A stretch of 64,000 nt of DNA from NCBI GenBank assembly GCA_038087875.1, contig JAXLNO010000033.1:248001-312000 (forward strand), given 5' to 3'. Made by a program: the position numbers and the translations under genes. The first letter of the stretch is position 1. Each line of letters opens with the position of its first letter. Positions 1 to 12,490 of the stretch are shown here, in pieces. The DNA comes from Malacoraja senta (taxonomy: Eukaryota). The notes under the pieces are model-generated. The model was given only the letters and a program-made list of their open reading frames with translations, ran no database searches and was not told the DNA's origin.

Positions 1-870
1 TTGATACAAGATTTAATTTATTTACGAAGTCGAGAAGAGCATTAGAATGAGGGAATTACATGATGAGGTAAGAATAGCACTGATAGGAGGAACCGTGCGT
101 CGAGCCCAACGAGTAAAGTTCAGTATAGAAGCCTAACATCAGTATTCATTTTGGTGAAAAGGTTTAATTGACCAGAAAGTGCAAGTGACTGGTGAAAAAC
201 ATATAATATGCATTACTGGTTATCAATTTCACAGTGATTATATGGAATACCCGTTGATGTTGAAAAGGGGGAAAATCTCGTAGAAAAATAAAATGGGCAC
301 AGGATAGTGAAGTAGTGGTGAAGCAATTTTGCTCGGAAAATTACGAAACTGGTCGAGCTCAGAAAGAACTAAAGGGAGAATACTCGAGGGACTTCTTTAC
401 AGGTTTCCGAACGGCAGCACTAACAGAAGGCATAAAATAAATCGGAAAATGGGAGACACCTGTAAGAAGGATGATACAATAATAATGGACACATATGTAA
501 ACTGGACAAACGAGGTAGTGGTAACGTGATCGATAAATTAATGGAATGCACAACACATGGATATTCTTATCAACATATTTGGACTACATTGGGGGAGTGG
601 GCTGCTTAGATCATGTTCCGTGCAACGAGAAGTGGCTAGGTAATAATCTTCCAGCGACGGTAGAATTAGCAAACTGTGAACACTCCATAAAAGATTGGTA
701 CAGAACATATTGAAAGTTATTATCAATTCAAACCGGGTTCAAATTCTGGATGCTGGATTCTTGAGGAGACCATGTTCCTTGGGGAACTCACTGGCTGAGT
801 CAGCATCTAGAGAGGAAATAGACGATATTTCGTGTTGAGACCCTCTTTAGACTGGGTGAAATGAGACTGA
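1..870. repeat. Segmental duplication unit, copy 1 (ancient CR1 endonuclease relic plus Penelope-type terminal repeat); paralogous to ~8133-9045
   Basis: Colinear near-identity with 8133-9045 (e.g. ACCGTGCGTCG.GCCCAAC, TTTACAGGTTTCCGAACGGCAGCACTAA). 1560-1810 also matches 9058-9320. The peptide ILEGLLYRFPNGST...DTYVNWTN resembles the CR1 endonuclease stretch VGVVYRPPSSS...HIDWVN seen in the ORF at 26906-30205. Confidence 0.8.
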
Positions 871-899
871 ATTTGGCTATGGTTAAATCGGATACTAAA

Positions 900-1041
900 A
901 GGGGTGGAAGATTGCAACCTTCACGTGGTCCGCCCTGTTTCGACTAATGCAATCAACTCGACGTGCACAAACGGAAGATCAAATAGAACAAGGTGTCCTA
1001 CGACTTTAGGCTGTGCACGCCAGACGAAAGAAGAAGAAGAA
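900..1041 (+). mobile_element. Short 5'-truncated non-LTR retroelement 3' end with (GAA)n tail and 10-bp target-site duplication
   Basis: GGATACTAAA at 890-899 and again at 1042-1051 flanks ~140 bp ending in GAAAGAAGAAGAAGAA. Confidence 0.75.
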
Positions 1042-2207
1042 GGATACTAAATTAAAAGGCATAATGTAAATGGGCAGTAGTTATCATTATTAGAAAAAAG
1101 TGAACGTTGGAGTCAAAAAGACCGCAAGTCCAACAGTAAACTGGAAAGTCCAAGTCAAACAGAAACGTCAAAGGTAGCAATATAACAAGAAAAGGTTGAC
1201 AGTAGTTACCAATGAAGCGGGAAGCAGGAGGCATCAGGATGTCGAAGAGTTCAGCAAAGGAGAGCAACATTTTACATGGAAGGATGAGTTGAAGATGAAA
1301 ATATTACGGGGAGTAACGAACAGAGAACAATGATAAATGTGTTCAAAATGAAAGTTGAGAAAATAACTGTCAAGAACGGGTGAAATTAGATTGAATTAAA
1401 AAGATACAGATAAATTTAAGATATATCTGGTGTGGGAATTTATGTAAAAGTCAACGGTATCGTAAAACAACTTCACAAAAGGCAAAGTGGCTGTCCTTTA
1501 TGCAAAGGGGACAACTTATCGACACTGACTGGAGATTAATAATTACAAGTAAACGTTTGTATTTTCAAGCATGCATCTGCGATTCAACAGCACGAGTATA
1601 TTATGTGTCTTCGTGGGAGAAGGCATTCTGAATCTGCTTTCTGAAAGCCATGGTCAGGCGCACCAGGCGCAATAAATAGGCGCTATATGGTAAAGTTCAT
1701 GTTGCTATCATTGCTTCTGTAGCAAACTAAAATATAACTCATCATGGAAAGAGGTTTGACTTGAATTCGATGGGAGATGATTTCCCTTTCTAAAATGGAG
1801 CAATGCCTTGTCTCAAATGGATATGGGTAGCATTTAGAGCTTGCAGGTGTAGGTGCTATGAATCGTTTCAACACTCTGGGTTCTCTCAGAAGGGTTCGCA
1901 GTATATATGGTTAATGCCTTGAATAAACGGATTTGTTTGAGAATCTCAACTGCTCATTGAGATGGCATTTTGTGCCTGCCGTTGTGAGCTATATGTAACA
2001 CCAAATCAAGAATATGCGATCACACAAGCTGCATCATCACGTATGTGTTTAATTTGTAACACAGGCAAATGCAACGTATTCATGATACAAGATTGAACTG
2101 GACTAGAAGCAGAATAGATACTGATATTCGTAGATGTTAGATTAGGTTTAGAATCCTCCTTTCAATATCTCCTTGGAAGCAGGGAGTAGTAGCGCAGCCT
2201 GGCGACC

Positions 2208-2515
2208 AGATTTAGTTTTAGTTCACTGTAGAGATACAGCGTGAAAACAGGCCGTTCGGCCAACCGAGTCTGCACCGACCGGCAAACCCCGCACATTGAC
2301 ACCATCCTATAGACGCGAGGAACAATTTACATCAATGCCAATCCAATTAACCTACAAACCTGTACGTCTCTGAAGTGTGGGAGGAAATCGAAGATCTCGG
2401 AGAAAACCCGCGCAGTTTACGGGGAGAACATACAATCGCCGTTAAGATAAGCACCCGTAGTCAGGATCGAACCCTGTTCGCTGGCCCTCTACCTCCATGG
2501 CACCGTGCCGCCGTA
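2208..2515 (-). mobile_element. tRNA-derived V-SINE (HE1-like)
   Basis: Reverse complement of the recurrent SINE: ...CACCCGTAGTCAGGATCGAACCC (B box), CCAATTAACCTACAAACCTGTACGTCT central domain, (TTTAG)n tail. Confidence 0.8.
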
Positions 2516-2955
2516 CCAAAGTGCGGTCAAGGGATTGAGAGGTGTACGTCTTTGATAATTGTGCAGCAGTCGCCGAGAATGTTGGACAAGTGGTGTGTTG
2601 ATAATGCTTTGGTAGCGTGCTCTCGAGTTCGGATGGATTGAAGTCCTCGGCTATTATGAACAAGACCTCGGGTGTTTTGTTTCAATGGTATTGAGTGGCG
2701 GCACAGTGTGGCGAAAAGCTCCCGAGATCCGGGCTAGATCCAACCATCTGATACCCTCTGTGTGCAGTTTCCAGTTTCTCCTCGTAACGGCCTGAGTTTC
2801 CATCGGGTTTTCCGTTTCCTTCAACGTCGCAATGGAGTACGGGTTTGTACGACAAATGTCCCCTGCAAAATAGCCCCTAAGGTGTAGGCAGTGAGATAAC
2901 ATAGATGTAGTGTTGCTTTGACAGGCTATTAAACTCCCGCGTTTGTTTCTGTTTT

Positions 2956-3623
<668 letters not shown>

Positions 3624-3743
3624 TTAGAAAAAGAGAAAGAGAGATTATAATTAATTCCATTTATCCCTGGTATCTCGACAAATATTTTAAAGATATAATA
3701 AGCGAGTTCGGTATACCGATAAACACAAGGAATCATGTGAGAT

Positions 3744-4639
3744 AGTGGCGGCGCTGTTAATCAGCTGCGGCTCGCCTGCAGTCCGTCTGTTTTTACTTTT
3801 TTCTGTTGTTTTTTTTTGTCTTGTTTTGGTTAAGTTTTAGTTTGTTGGGTTGTGTTAGGGGGGGGAGAAACATGTTCTCTGTCTCTTCCTTCGGGGGAAT
3901 GCGACTTTTTCGTGTCGTATCCCCCTTCTCTGCCTCCGTCTGCGGTGAGGCCTAATGGCGGGGCTGGCGGCCTCCACCCTGCGACCGACCCCGGGGCTAC
4001 GGAGGCAGAGCCAGCCAGGACTTAACAACGGGAGGCTGGCCGTCTTCGGGGCTGAGGCAGCGGTGGCCCGACTTGCTGGTGCAGCGTTCCGGCTTTCGGC
4101 GGCGGACTGGAGCTGATGCAGCGGGGTCCGGAGCGGAGACTGCGGGACCTGGAGCTGGTGCAGCGGGGTCCGGAGCGGAGACTTCGGGACCTGGAGCTGG
4201 TGCAGCGGGGCCCGGAGCGGAGACGGCGGGACCTGGAGCTGGGGCAGCGGCCTGGAGCTGGGGCAGCGGCCTGGAGCGGAGAGTGCGGGACCCGGAGCTG
4301 GGGCGGCGGCCCGGAGCAGATGCTGTGGCGGGCCGTCTCGGAGCGGAGACGGCATTCCGGCTTTCGGCGGCGGCGACATCACCACGGGGGTCCGCTGGAC
4401 TGGAGGGCGGACTCTTCGGCCTGGATCGATCGCCTCAGCGCAGAGGGAGAACAAGGAGGGAAGAGACGGAGACTAAGACTTTGCCTCCATCACAGTGAGG
4501 ATGTGCTTGGTGAACTCACTGTGGTAGATGTTTAATTTGTGTTTATTGTATGTTTTGTTATTATTGGTTCTGTGTATGACTGCATGCATCACAATTTCGT
4601 TCAGACCGAAAGGTCTGAATGACAATAAAGGAAATCTCT
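3744..4639 (+). mobile_element. Non-autonomous Rex1/Babar-derived retroelement (5'UTR + 3' tail) with internal GC-rich 42-bp tandem repeat
   Basis: Same architecture as 31825-32230 and 34318-35040: GTGGCG..CTCGCC head, T-rich tract, G-run, ATGCGACTTTT..GTATC, CCATCACAGTGAGG, ATGACAATAAA end. TGAGAT at 3738-3743 and 4640-4645 is a candidate TSD. The 42-bp unit CTGGAGCTGGTGCAGCGGGGTCCGGAGCGGAGAC... repeats at ~4107-4260. Confidence 0.75.
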
Positions 4640-4904
4640 TGAGATGTCAAAGGTCAAATGCTATGATAAAAAATCGAACGAAGCGCTGTAGATAGAGTGA
4701 GTATAGTTTGGGTCCAATTTTGGGTCTTTTTTCAAGCTTGTATTTGTCAGGAGGCAGATAGGGGGGCAGATGCGAGTGGGAAACCGGTGGGGGGGGGGAT
4801 GCGGAGACAATCTCGGCAGCTGCACGCACAGAGAACCGCGCCACATCCACAGCCAAGATCGAACCCGGGTCCCCGGCGCCGCAAGCCACTGGACGTCCCC
4901 CCAT

Positions 4905-5915
4905 TCAAGAGTCAAGAGTGTTTTATTGTCATATGTCCCAGAAAGGACAATGACATTCTTACTTTCTGCAGCAGAACAGAATATGTAAACATAGTACACA
5001 ACTGGAGAAACAAAAGGTTGTGTGTGTATATGTACAGATTCACACATATTCAATAAATAAACAAATATAGTCCAATAATAATAGTCCTCGAATGTCCCAT
5101 CCCCGCCGGGGGGGGCGGCTGGAGACGTCCGGACTGACGGGACACCGGCCCCCAGGCCCACAGCCAGCGCGGAGAAGCGCCGACCCCAGCTCACTCTCGC
5201 CTCTCCCACCTGGCTAACCGACAATCCCGGCCGGACCGACGACACCAGTGTCCCAAGCCCACAGCCAGCGCGGGGAAGAAGCGACAACTCCGGCCCCGGT
5301 CTCACCTGCGCCAGAGCGCCAGCCTGGGCTCGGACTCCTCCGGCCCGGCGCTCGACTGGGCCGCGCAGCCCCGACCTGGAGTGGGAGCTGGCCCGGACTC
5401 TGGGTTTGGGGCTGGGCAAGGGAGGGGGGGGGGAGGTTGGTGCTGTCGCCAGCATCACCATCACCAACAGGACCAACAGCTCCAGCAGGCGCCCGGCCTG
5501 CCCATGTCCGGCAGGAATCCGTCCACAGACTCTCTCTCCGACCAGGACAAATCCAGCAGCAGCGGCTCGGTGTCGCCCGTCTTCGCGCAGGGCCGGCGGC
5601 TGCCCATCTTCAGCAGGATCTCGGTGTCGGACTGAGGGGAGTGGGGTGGAGGTGGAGGGCTGCCGGACAACCGGGCAGGACAGGGAGAGCCGAGCTGGAG
5701 CCACCGGCTGCAGCGCCCGCTGCAACTCCAGGGCCGCCCCGCCAGCCCAGGGCCACCGCGGACACCACTGGACAGGGACGATATATCCGGGAGGGGACGG
5801 AGACGGTCCAGCGGCAACTCAACAGCGCACGCAGCGCCGGAGAGCCAGGCCCGGCCCCGACCACGGACGAAACGCATGCCTGCACACAACGCAGCACCAC
5901 CGTTGCCGAGACTGT
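4905..5915 (-). mobile_element. Chimeric non-autonomous retroposed element with LINE (Rex1/L2-type) 3' end, carrying an antisense ZFP36 fragment
   Basis: The minus strand ends ...TATTCTGTTCTGCTGCAGAAAGTAAGAATGTCATTGTCC...ATGACAATAAAACACTCTTGACTCTTGAA, homologous to the LINE 3' end at 41910-42030. The GC-rich body extends to ~5915. The 5' boundary is approximate. Confidence 0.55.
5275..5635 (+). pseudogene. zfp36-like: ZFP36/tristetraprolin-family C-terminal coding fragment lacking the tandem CCCH zinc fingers
   Basis: The frame ends ...GRNPSTDSLSDQDKSSSSGSVSPVFAQGRRLPIFSRISVSD*, matching the ZFP36-family terminal CNOT1-binding motif (RLPIFxRxSxS) and the SPVF motif. Upstream HLRQSAS resembles the post-finger LRQSxS motif. 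No CCCH fingers and no upstream in-frame ATG are visible. Confidence 0.85.
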
Positions 5916-6577
5916 TTATACCAAGTGACCTATGACCTGGGCATGCGCAGTCGGAATAACGAACTCGGTTATAGATCGTCCTCTTTGATAATAAGGCAGA
6001 AATAAATGGCAACGGAACAAACATTTAAATAATTATGCTTGTCTGTGAACTGGAATAAGTAACAAATGAATTAAATACATTGGAGTATATTGTGGACGCC
6101 GCCAAATTGTGCACCTTGAACCGAGTTATTTACAATTTGTAAATTATGTTTTCTATTTCCCTTGAAAACATAACCAATATGATCACATCCCCAGCAAAGG
6201 CAATCGATATACGATTTTGAGAGCAATTTACCTATGCTTTAAGATAATACTGTCACAAAACGTGTTACTTTAAAGAGCACGACGCCTCAAATAAAATGTC
6301 GGGCCTTAAACTAAATATAATACAGAATCACAAACATCAGAGAAAATTGCAAAGTCATTACTGAATTCGTTTTCACCTCGGCCACAGCTAATACTGGCAT
6401 TTTTCCTTTATCATCGTTACTTTTAGGCATATCTTTTATTCACTTGTTCTGTATTTTTTGCACAACCGTCTCTTTCTCTCGAGAAGGAATGGGTATATGC
6501 TGCCTGTCTCGCTGAGTTACTCCAGCATTTTGTGTCTACCTTTTAATCCAGCATCTGCAGTTCTTTCTTACACATTT

Positions 6578-6945
6578 ATTTAGTTTAGCTTAGTTTAGTT
6601 TAGTTTAGTTTAGTTGAATTGGGTTGAGTTGAGTTGAGTTTAATTCAGTTTAGTGTAGTTTAGTTTAGTCTAGTTTAGATATACAGCGCGGAAACAGGGT
6701 CTTCGGCCCAACGAGTCCGCGCCGACCAGCGACCCCCGCACATTAACACTGCCTTACACACACAAGGGAAAATTTAAGATTCAAACATTGATGCCAACCC
6801 GTACATTGGAGAATGGGAGGAAACTGGACATACCGGAGAAAACCCACGCAAGTTACCGGGAGAACGCACAAACTCCGTTCCGATAGCACCCGTTGGCCTC
6901 CGTCGATGCAAGGCAGCAACTCTCCCGCTGCGCCACCGTGCCTAC
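6578..6945 (-). mobile_element. V-SINE (HE1-like) with expanded (TTTAG)n tail
   Basis: (TTTAG)n at 6578-6678 followed by AGATATACAGCGCGGAAACAGG...GAGTCCGCGCCGACCAGCGA; the head ends CCCGCTGCGCCACCGTGCC. Confidence 0.8.
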
Positions 6946-7194
6946 CTAATTACAGATTCAAATCTAAGTCACGAGACCTCCAGGACCGTATGGATGACGC
7001 GATCCATGTATGGAATAAGCAACGTCCATCTCTATTGCAATTGCCAAACACTGCCCCGACGATTTAGATGTGGTACAAATGAGAAAGTGAAATATGAAGA
7101 GATATATAGCTCACTTGCCATAGAACGAAAACGCTCGAAACTGATTAACCCGGGCAAACATTGACGCCACCTAAAGAAGAATAGGCCTTGTGCA

Positions 7195-8120
7195 TGGGAA
7201 CAATTTGAATAAAGGATAATTTGGACGAGGAAATTGAATGCGTACTGGTCAAGTTTGCAGATATACGAAAATCGGTGGAGGGGCAGGTAGTGTGGAGAAG
7301 GTAGGAACTCTGCAAAAGGACTTAAGACAGATTGGGAGCGTGGGCAGAGAAGTGGTAGATGGAATACAGTGTAGAAAAGTGTGGAGTCCTGCATTTTAGT
7401 AGTAGGAATAAAGACGTAGGGTATTTTTTAAATGGGAAGATAATCCAGAAATCGGAGGTGCAAAAGGAATTTAGCGTGTTGATGCAGAATTCCGAAAAAG
7501 TTCATTGGCAAATCGAATCGGTAGTAAGGAAGGCAAACGCAATGCTAGCATTTATTTCAAGAGGACTAGAATAAAAAACAGAGATGCAGAGATGCTGAGG
7601 CTTTATAAGGCGCCGGTCAGTCCGCATTTGTTTTGGAGAGGGTCCAGAGGAGGTTTATGAAAATTGTTCCAGGAATGATTGGGTTAACATATGATCAGAT
7701 TTTGACGGCACTGGGCCTCTGTTCGCTGGCTTTTACAAATATATGGGTGGACCTTATTGAAACTTACCGAATAGTGAAAGTCTGGATCGAGTGGATGTGG
7801 AGAGAATGCTTCCACTAGTGGGGGAAACTAGGACCAGAGGGCATACCCACAGAATTAAAGGACGTTCCTTTAGGAAAGAGATGAGGATGATTGTTTCACA
7901 TCCAATTGTGGTGAATCTGTGGATTTCATTACCATAGAAGGCTGTGTAGGCCGTCAATAGATATTTTCAAGGCAGAGATAGATAGATTATTGGTTACTAC
8001 GGGTGTCATGGGTTATGTGGAGACGGCAAGTAAATTAGCTTAGGATGGGTAGATAGATCTGCTAATATTGAATGGCAGAGTATACTTGATGGGCCAAATG
8101 GCCTAATTCCCTTATGAACT
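7195..8120 (+). mobile_element. Degenerate CR1 LINE 3' fragment
   Basis: Short ORFs (EKCGVLHF...VRKANAMLAFISRGLE; ERVQRRFMKIVPGM) are homologous to the C-terminus of the CR1 ORF2 at 26906-30205. Confidence 0.85.
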
Positions 8121-8132
8121 TATAATGGCTCC

Positions 8133-9320
8133 TTGAAACAATATTGAATTTATTTACGAACTCTGGAATAGCATGAGAATCAGGGATCACGTGATGACGT
8201 AAGGATAACACTCACAAGAAGGACCGTGCGTCGGGCCCAACCGAGTAAAGTTCAGCATAGTAGCACAACATCAGTATATTTTTTGACAGAACAGTTTGAT
8301 TGGCCAGAAAGAGCAAGTGACTGGTGAAAAACATATAACGTACAAATTTACAGTGATTATAATGTATACCCGTTGATGTTGAAAAAGGGAAACACGAGTC
8401 GCAAAATAAAATGGGCACAGGATAGGGAAGTAAAGGTGGAACAATTTTGCTTGGAAAATTACGAAACTGGTAGAGCTCAGAAAGAACTAAAGGGAAAAAT
8501 ACTCGAGGGGCGTCTTTACAGGTTTCCGAACGGCAGCACTAAGAGAAGGCATAAAATAAATCCGAAAATGGGAGACACCTGTAAGAAGGATGATACAATA
8601 GTAATTGACACATATGTAAACTGGACAAACGGGGAAGTAGTAACGTGAGGATGAATTAATGGAATGCGCAGCACATGGATTTTCCCATCAGATATTTGGA
8701 CTCCAATGAGGGAGTGGGCTGCTTAGATCGGGTTCCGTGCAATGAAAAGTGGCTCGTTACTAATCTTCCAGCGATGGGAAATTTAGCAAACTGTGAACAC
8801 CCCTTAAAAGATTTGTACAGAACGTATTGAAAGTTATTCCCAATTCAAACCGGAATCAGATATCTAAGCAAAGAAAACCAGGAAAATTCAAGATGCAGAG
8901 ACATAAGCGTCTGTAAATGCTGGAATCTTGAGCAAAACACGTTCCTTGGGGAACTCACTCGGCGAGTCAGCATCTAGGGAGGGAAAAGACAGACGAGGTA
9001 TCGTGTTGGGACCCTTCTTCAGACAGTGTGACATGAGACTTAAGCGGATCCGTATGTTTTTTTTTTCAAGCATGCATCTGCTAAACAACAGCACGAGTAT
9101 ATTAAGCGTCTTCGTGGAAGAAGGCATTCTGAATCTGCTTTCTGAATGGCCATGGTCAGGTGCACCAGGCACACCAGGCAGTAGTGGGCGCTATATGGTA
9201 AAGTTCACGTTGCTATAATTGCTTCTGTAGCAAACGAAATTATAACTCATCATGGGACGTGATTTGACTTGAATTCGATGGCAGAGGATTTGCCTCTCAT
9301 GAAGTGGACCAATAACTTGT
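8133..9320. repeat. Segmental duplication unit, copy 2 (paralogous to 1-870 and 1560-1810)
   Basis: Direct sequence comparison; ORFs 329-529 and 8373-8648 give near-identical peptides. Confidence 0.8.
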
Positions 9321-9689
9321 CAGGTGATTTTCAAAGAAAAATGGATAACATATAGTCGTATAGTGCTTGATGACAGAATATGAACATTCCTACAAGTGGC
9401 AAACGGAACCAAAGCTATCACCCAGTGATTGCAAACGATACACAATATTTGATTAAATATCAAATCATGTTTGCTGTATGTCAGCGAAAAATACAAGGAG
9501 AACCGTAGTTCATTTGGGCAGGTAAGAGAGTAAATTGAAAGGAAAATAGAGGAAAATTCATAACTTGGGAACTGAATGGCAGGTATTTTAAAATAAAACC
9601 AAAATGCACTTTTTGCACTTCCATTCCCCATTATGAATGTGTGAAAATCATCTGGGTCATCCTTACTCAGAGGCCGAATACACCCCCAA

Positions 9690-9980
9690 CTCATTTACCC
9701 CCCTCCTCCGTCTGACACAACCTGTTCCGACCCCCAACATCAGTTCGTTCACATTATTCAATTCAGTAGCGTAGTCATGGACATGAAGTCCAAGGTATGC
9801 CTGCCCTTCCGTTGGTTACGTTTGTTCCACACGCACCCGGCGCTATACCGGACACTATATCTGAGTTGGATGGCAGTAACTGATCTGTAGCGCTTTCCCC
9901 GGAATACGGATGACTGCATTGGGGCTGCCACCTTCACCCGTGCAGAACTCATTGATTTTATGAACCTTGTCACGAACCCA
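9690..9980 (+). mobile_element. Degenerate Penelope-like RT fragment
   Basis: Translates to ...TDDCIGAATFTRAELIDFMNLVTN, similar to YIDDWFGATFCTHTQLTDFIHFTTN in the Penelope RT at 45891-46415. Confidence 0.65.
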
Positions 9981-10226
9981 GTCCAAGCACAACATACGTG
10001 TTTCCATTCATTGTTTTATTACATATTCGGAAATCTTCCTTTATTGTCTGCGATGTAGGTTTCTGTTTAACATTGAATGAACATTATAGCTTCCACGATT
10101 ATTTTACAAAGAGGCAATTGAAATGAAATATTACTTGTGTTGAAAACCTGAATGTAAGCGCAGAACGGACTTCATGGCTAATCATTGCATTGTAGTAAGT
10201 CGCGTTGTGTTTCAAAGTCACGCAAC

Positions 10227-11131
10227 TTATTGGAATACGTTTACAATGAAAGCAAATGGCCGCACGATCATGCTTTTCAATTCTTCTCTGAAGTTACGCT
10301 GCGATACTACATAAATTAATGTGTTTGTACAAGTGCTCAAAAACCTTAGCATGTAGCCGACCTTTTCCGCAATGGTGAAAGAATTGGTGTAATTAGATTC
10401 TGTAAATTTGTTGTCGGTGAAATGCACACAGACGAAGCACGCAAATGTTACCATCCACAGTAGGATGAAATTACCAGATATTGTAATCAATAAAATGATT
10501 GATCTTTTTCGATTCTCTATCTCCGGGTCGGTTTGATTCTTATCACTGTTCGTTCCTCGGAGTTTGTTCCTGACTCGGTTGGTCAATATAATATTCCTTA
10601 CGGTCAAAGAATTAAACAGGAGGATCAACAAAAATGGTAAAAATGGGGTAAAAATAGTTTCTAACCATAGGTGTGCAAACCAAAGATCTGAGGTGTAGAA
10701 ACTTGATTTCACAATACAAGACCACGGAACTCCGTCAATTATTTCGCGAGGTTCATAAAGAAAGTAGATTGGAATATTTTCTAAAATGCATAACACACCA
10801 AGCACTGTCATCACCTTCGATGCAATCTCTGTGAGACAATATTTTGAACGAATCCTCTGCAGACAAATTGCAACAAAACGATCAAAGGTAAAAGCGACAG
10901 TTAACCAGACAGAGCAGTCAATAGAAATGTACATGAGACATAAGTTAAGTCTGCACACTGGAGTGTAATTCAGGAATGAATATGGTAGATGTACCATTTT
11001 AATATGATAATGAATTGTGCCGAGTATTAAGAACATTAGATCAGCTACTGCCATCCAACTCAGATATAGTGTGATGCATCTGGAGAGACCGCACTTTCCT
11101 GATGATAGGATGGAAATTGTCGCCAAATTTG
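10227..11131 (-). CDS. gpr139-like: GPR139/GPR142-like class A GPCR, gene 1, coding exon 2 (end of TM1 to C-terminus)
   Basis: Uninterrupted frame with MAVADL (TM2), SVWLTVAFTFDRFVAIC (TM3, DRY variant), PFLLILLFN (TM5), FILLW (TM6), CTNTLIY (TM7). Splice acceptor TTTTTTGCAG ends at 11132. A phase-1 join with exon 1 gives ...IGIP-A-NLATISILSSGKCGL and a 324-aa protein. Confidence 0.9.
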
Positions 11132-11797
11132 CTGCAAAAAAGTAATGATCAATAATTTATACAAGATAACATGAAGAATGGCAATGAAATTGTATTTTTA
11201 CTACAATATAACTTTATTTGCTCTTACTCTCTCTAAGTTTGATTTTCAAACCCATGTTAAAAGCTTCAGAGATGAATACGAAAGTCTGTGCACTCGCTGC
11301 TAATTGATTTTACATTGCTCCGGAAATGCAGGTTTGCTGAAACAACAACGTGTTCGTCGTATTTTTTCCTTTCGTAAGTTTCCTTTCCAGGTCGTGGGAC
11401 TGTATCGTGGAAATATTTTATACGATGGATGAAGAGTTAGAGGTTGAGGAGAAATGATATAAGTCTATTGAAACATGTGGGCAGGAGATACCGTGGGATA
11501 TAGAATCATAAGGTCATCTTGATCTTAGCAGATTTAGGCCATACGGCCCATCAAGTTTATTCCGCAACTCAATCATCTGAGTAGATCTATATCTCCCTCC
11601 TAACCACATTCTCCTTCCCATAACACCTGATACCCGTACTAATCAATAATCTATCTATCTCTGCCTTGGAAATATCAATTGACTTGTCCTCCACAGCCTT
11701 CTGTGGCAAATAATTACATGGATTTTCCACCCTCTGTCTAAATAAATCCCCCCTCATCTTCCTAAAGAAACGTCCTTTAAATCTAAGGCGATGACAT

Positions 11798-11798
11798 T

Positions 11799-11843
<45 letters not shown>

Positions 11844-12490
11844 TTATTGGCCAAGTATTCACATACAAGGAATTTGCCTTGGTGCTCCGCCCACAAGTAA
11901 CAACACGACATACAGTGACAGTTACGAATGACTCAGAAAACACTAAACATTAATAATAGTAAAACATTAATGATAAAACACCATTGATCAAGCATGTTGA
12001 ACCAACAAAATACCAGATCAAAGGGAGGCAACAGATTTTGGCTATTGAGTACAGCAAATACTCGTGGATAAAAACTGTTTTATGTCTGGCTGTGGCAGCT
12101 TTGACAGTCCGGAGTCGCCTTCCAGTGGGAAGTGATTCAAAGAGTTTGTGGCTAGGGTGAGAGGGGTCAGAGATGATCTTGCCGCTCGCTTCCTGGCCCT
12201 TGCAGTGTACAGTTCATCTATGGGGGGAAGGTTGCAGCCAATAACCTTCTCAGCTAATCGGACGATTCGCTGCATCTTCCAGGTGTCGTGCTTGGTGGCT
12301 GAGCCAAACCAGACCATGATGGAGAAAGTGAGAACAGACTCTACGATGGCCTTATAGAATTAGCCTGTGGCAGATTGTGTTTCCTCAGCTGCCGTAGGAA
12401 GTACATCCTCTGTTGTGCCTTTTTGACTGTGGAGTCGATGGTAGCCCCCCACTTAATGGCCTTGGAGATGGTGGTTCCCAGGAACTTAAA
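11798..12490 (-). mobile_element. Rex1/Babar LINE 3' fragment with (TTAC)n tail, inserted between CR1 fragments
   Basis: Peptides FKFLGTTIS..W...KKAQQRMYFLRQLRK and VWFGSATKHD; same 3'UTR as 33800-34020; (TAAG)n at 11798-11843. Confidence 0.85.

Noticed and set aside
329..529. Duplicated small ORF (also 8373-8648) as a conserved micro-protein
   Set aside because: Explained as a decayed CR1 endonuclease relic inside a segmental duplication.
3855..4535. Overlapping 139-199-aa ORFs with 14-aa repeats
   Set aside because: GC-rich 42-bp tandem array inside a non-autonomous Rex1 derivative; open in several frames on both strands, with no domain.
4661..6024. Long GC-rich ORFs (354, 226, 199, 187 aa) as independent genes
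   Set aside because: Shadow frames of a GC-rich island; only the frame ending RRLPIFSRISVSD has recognisable homology.
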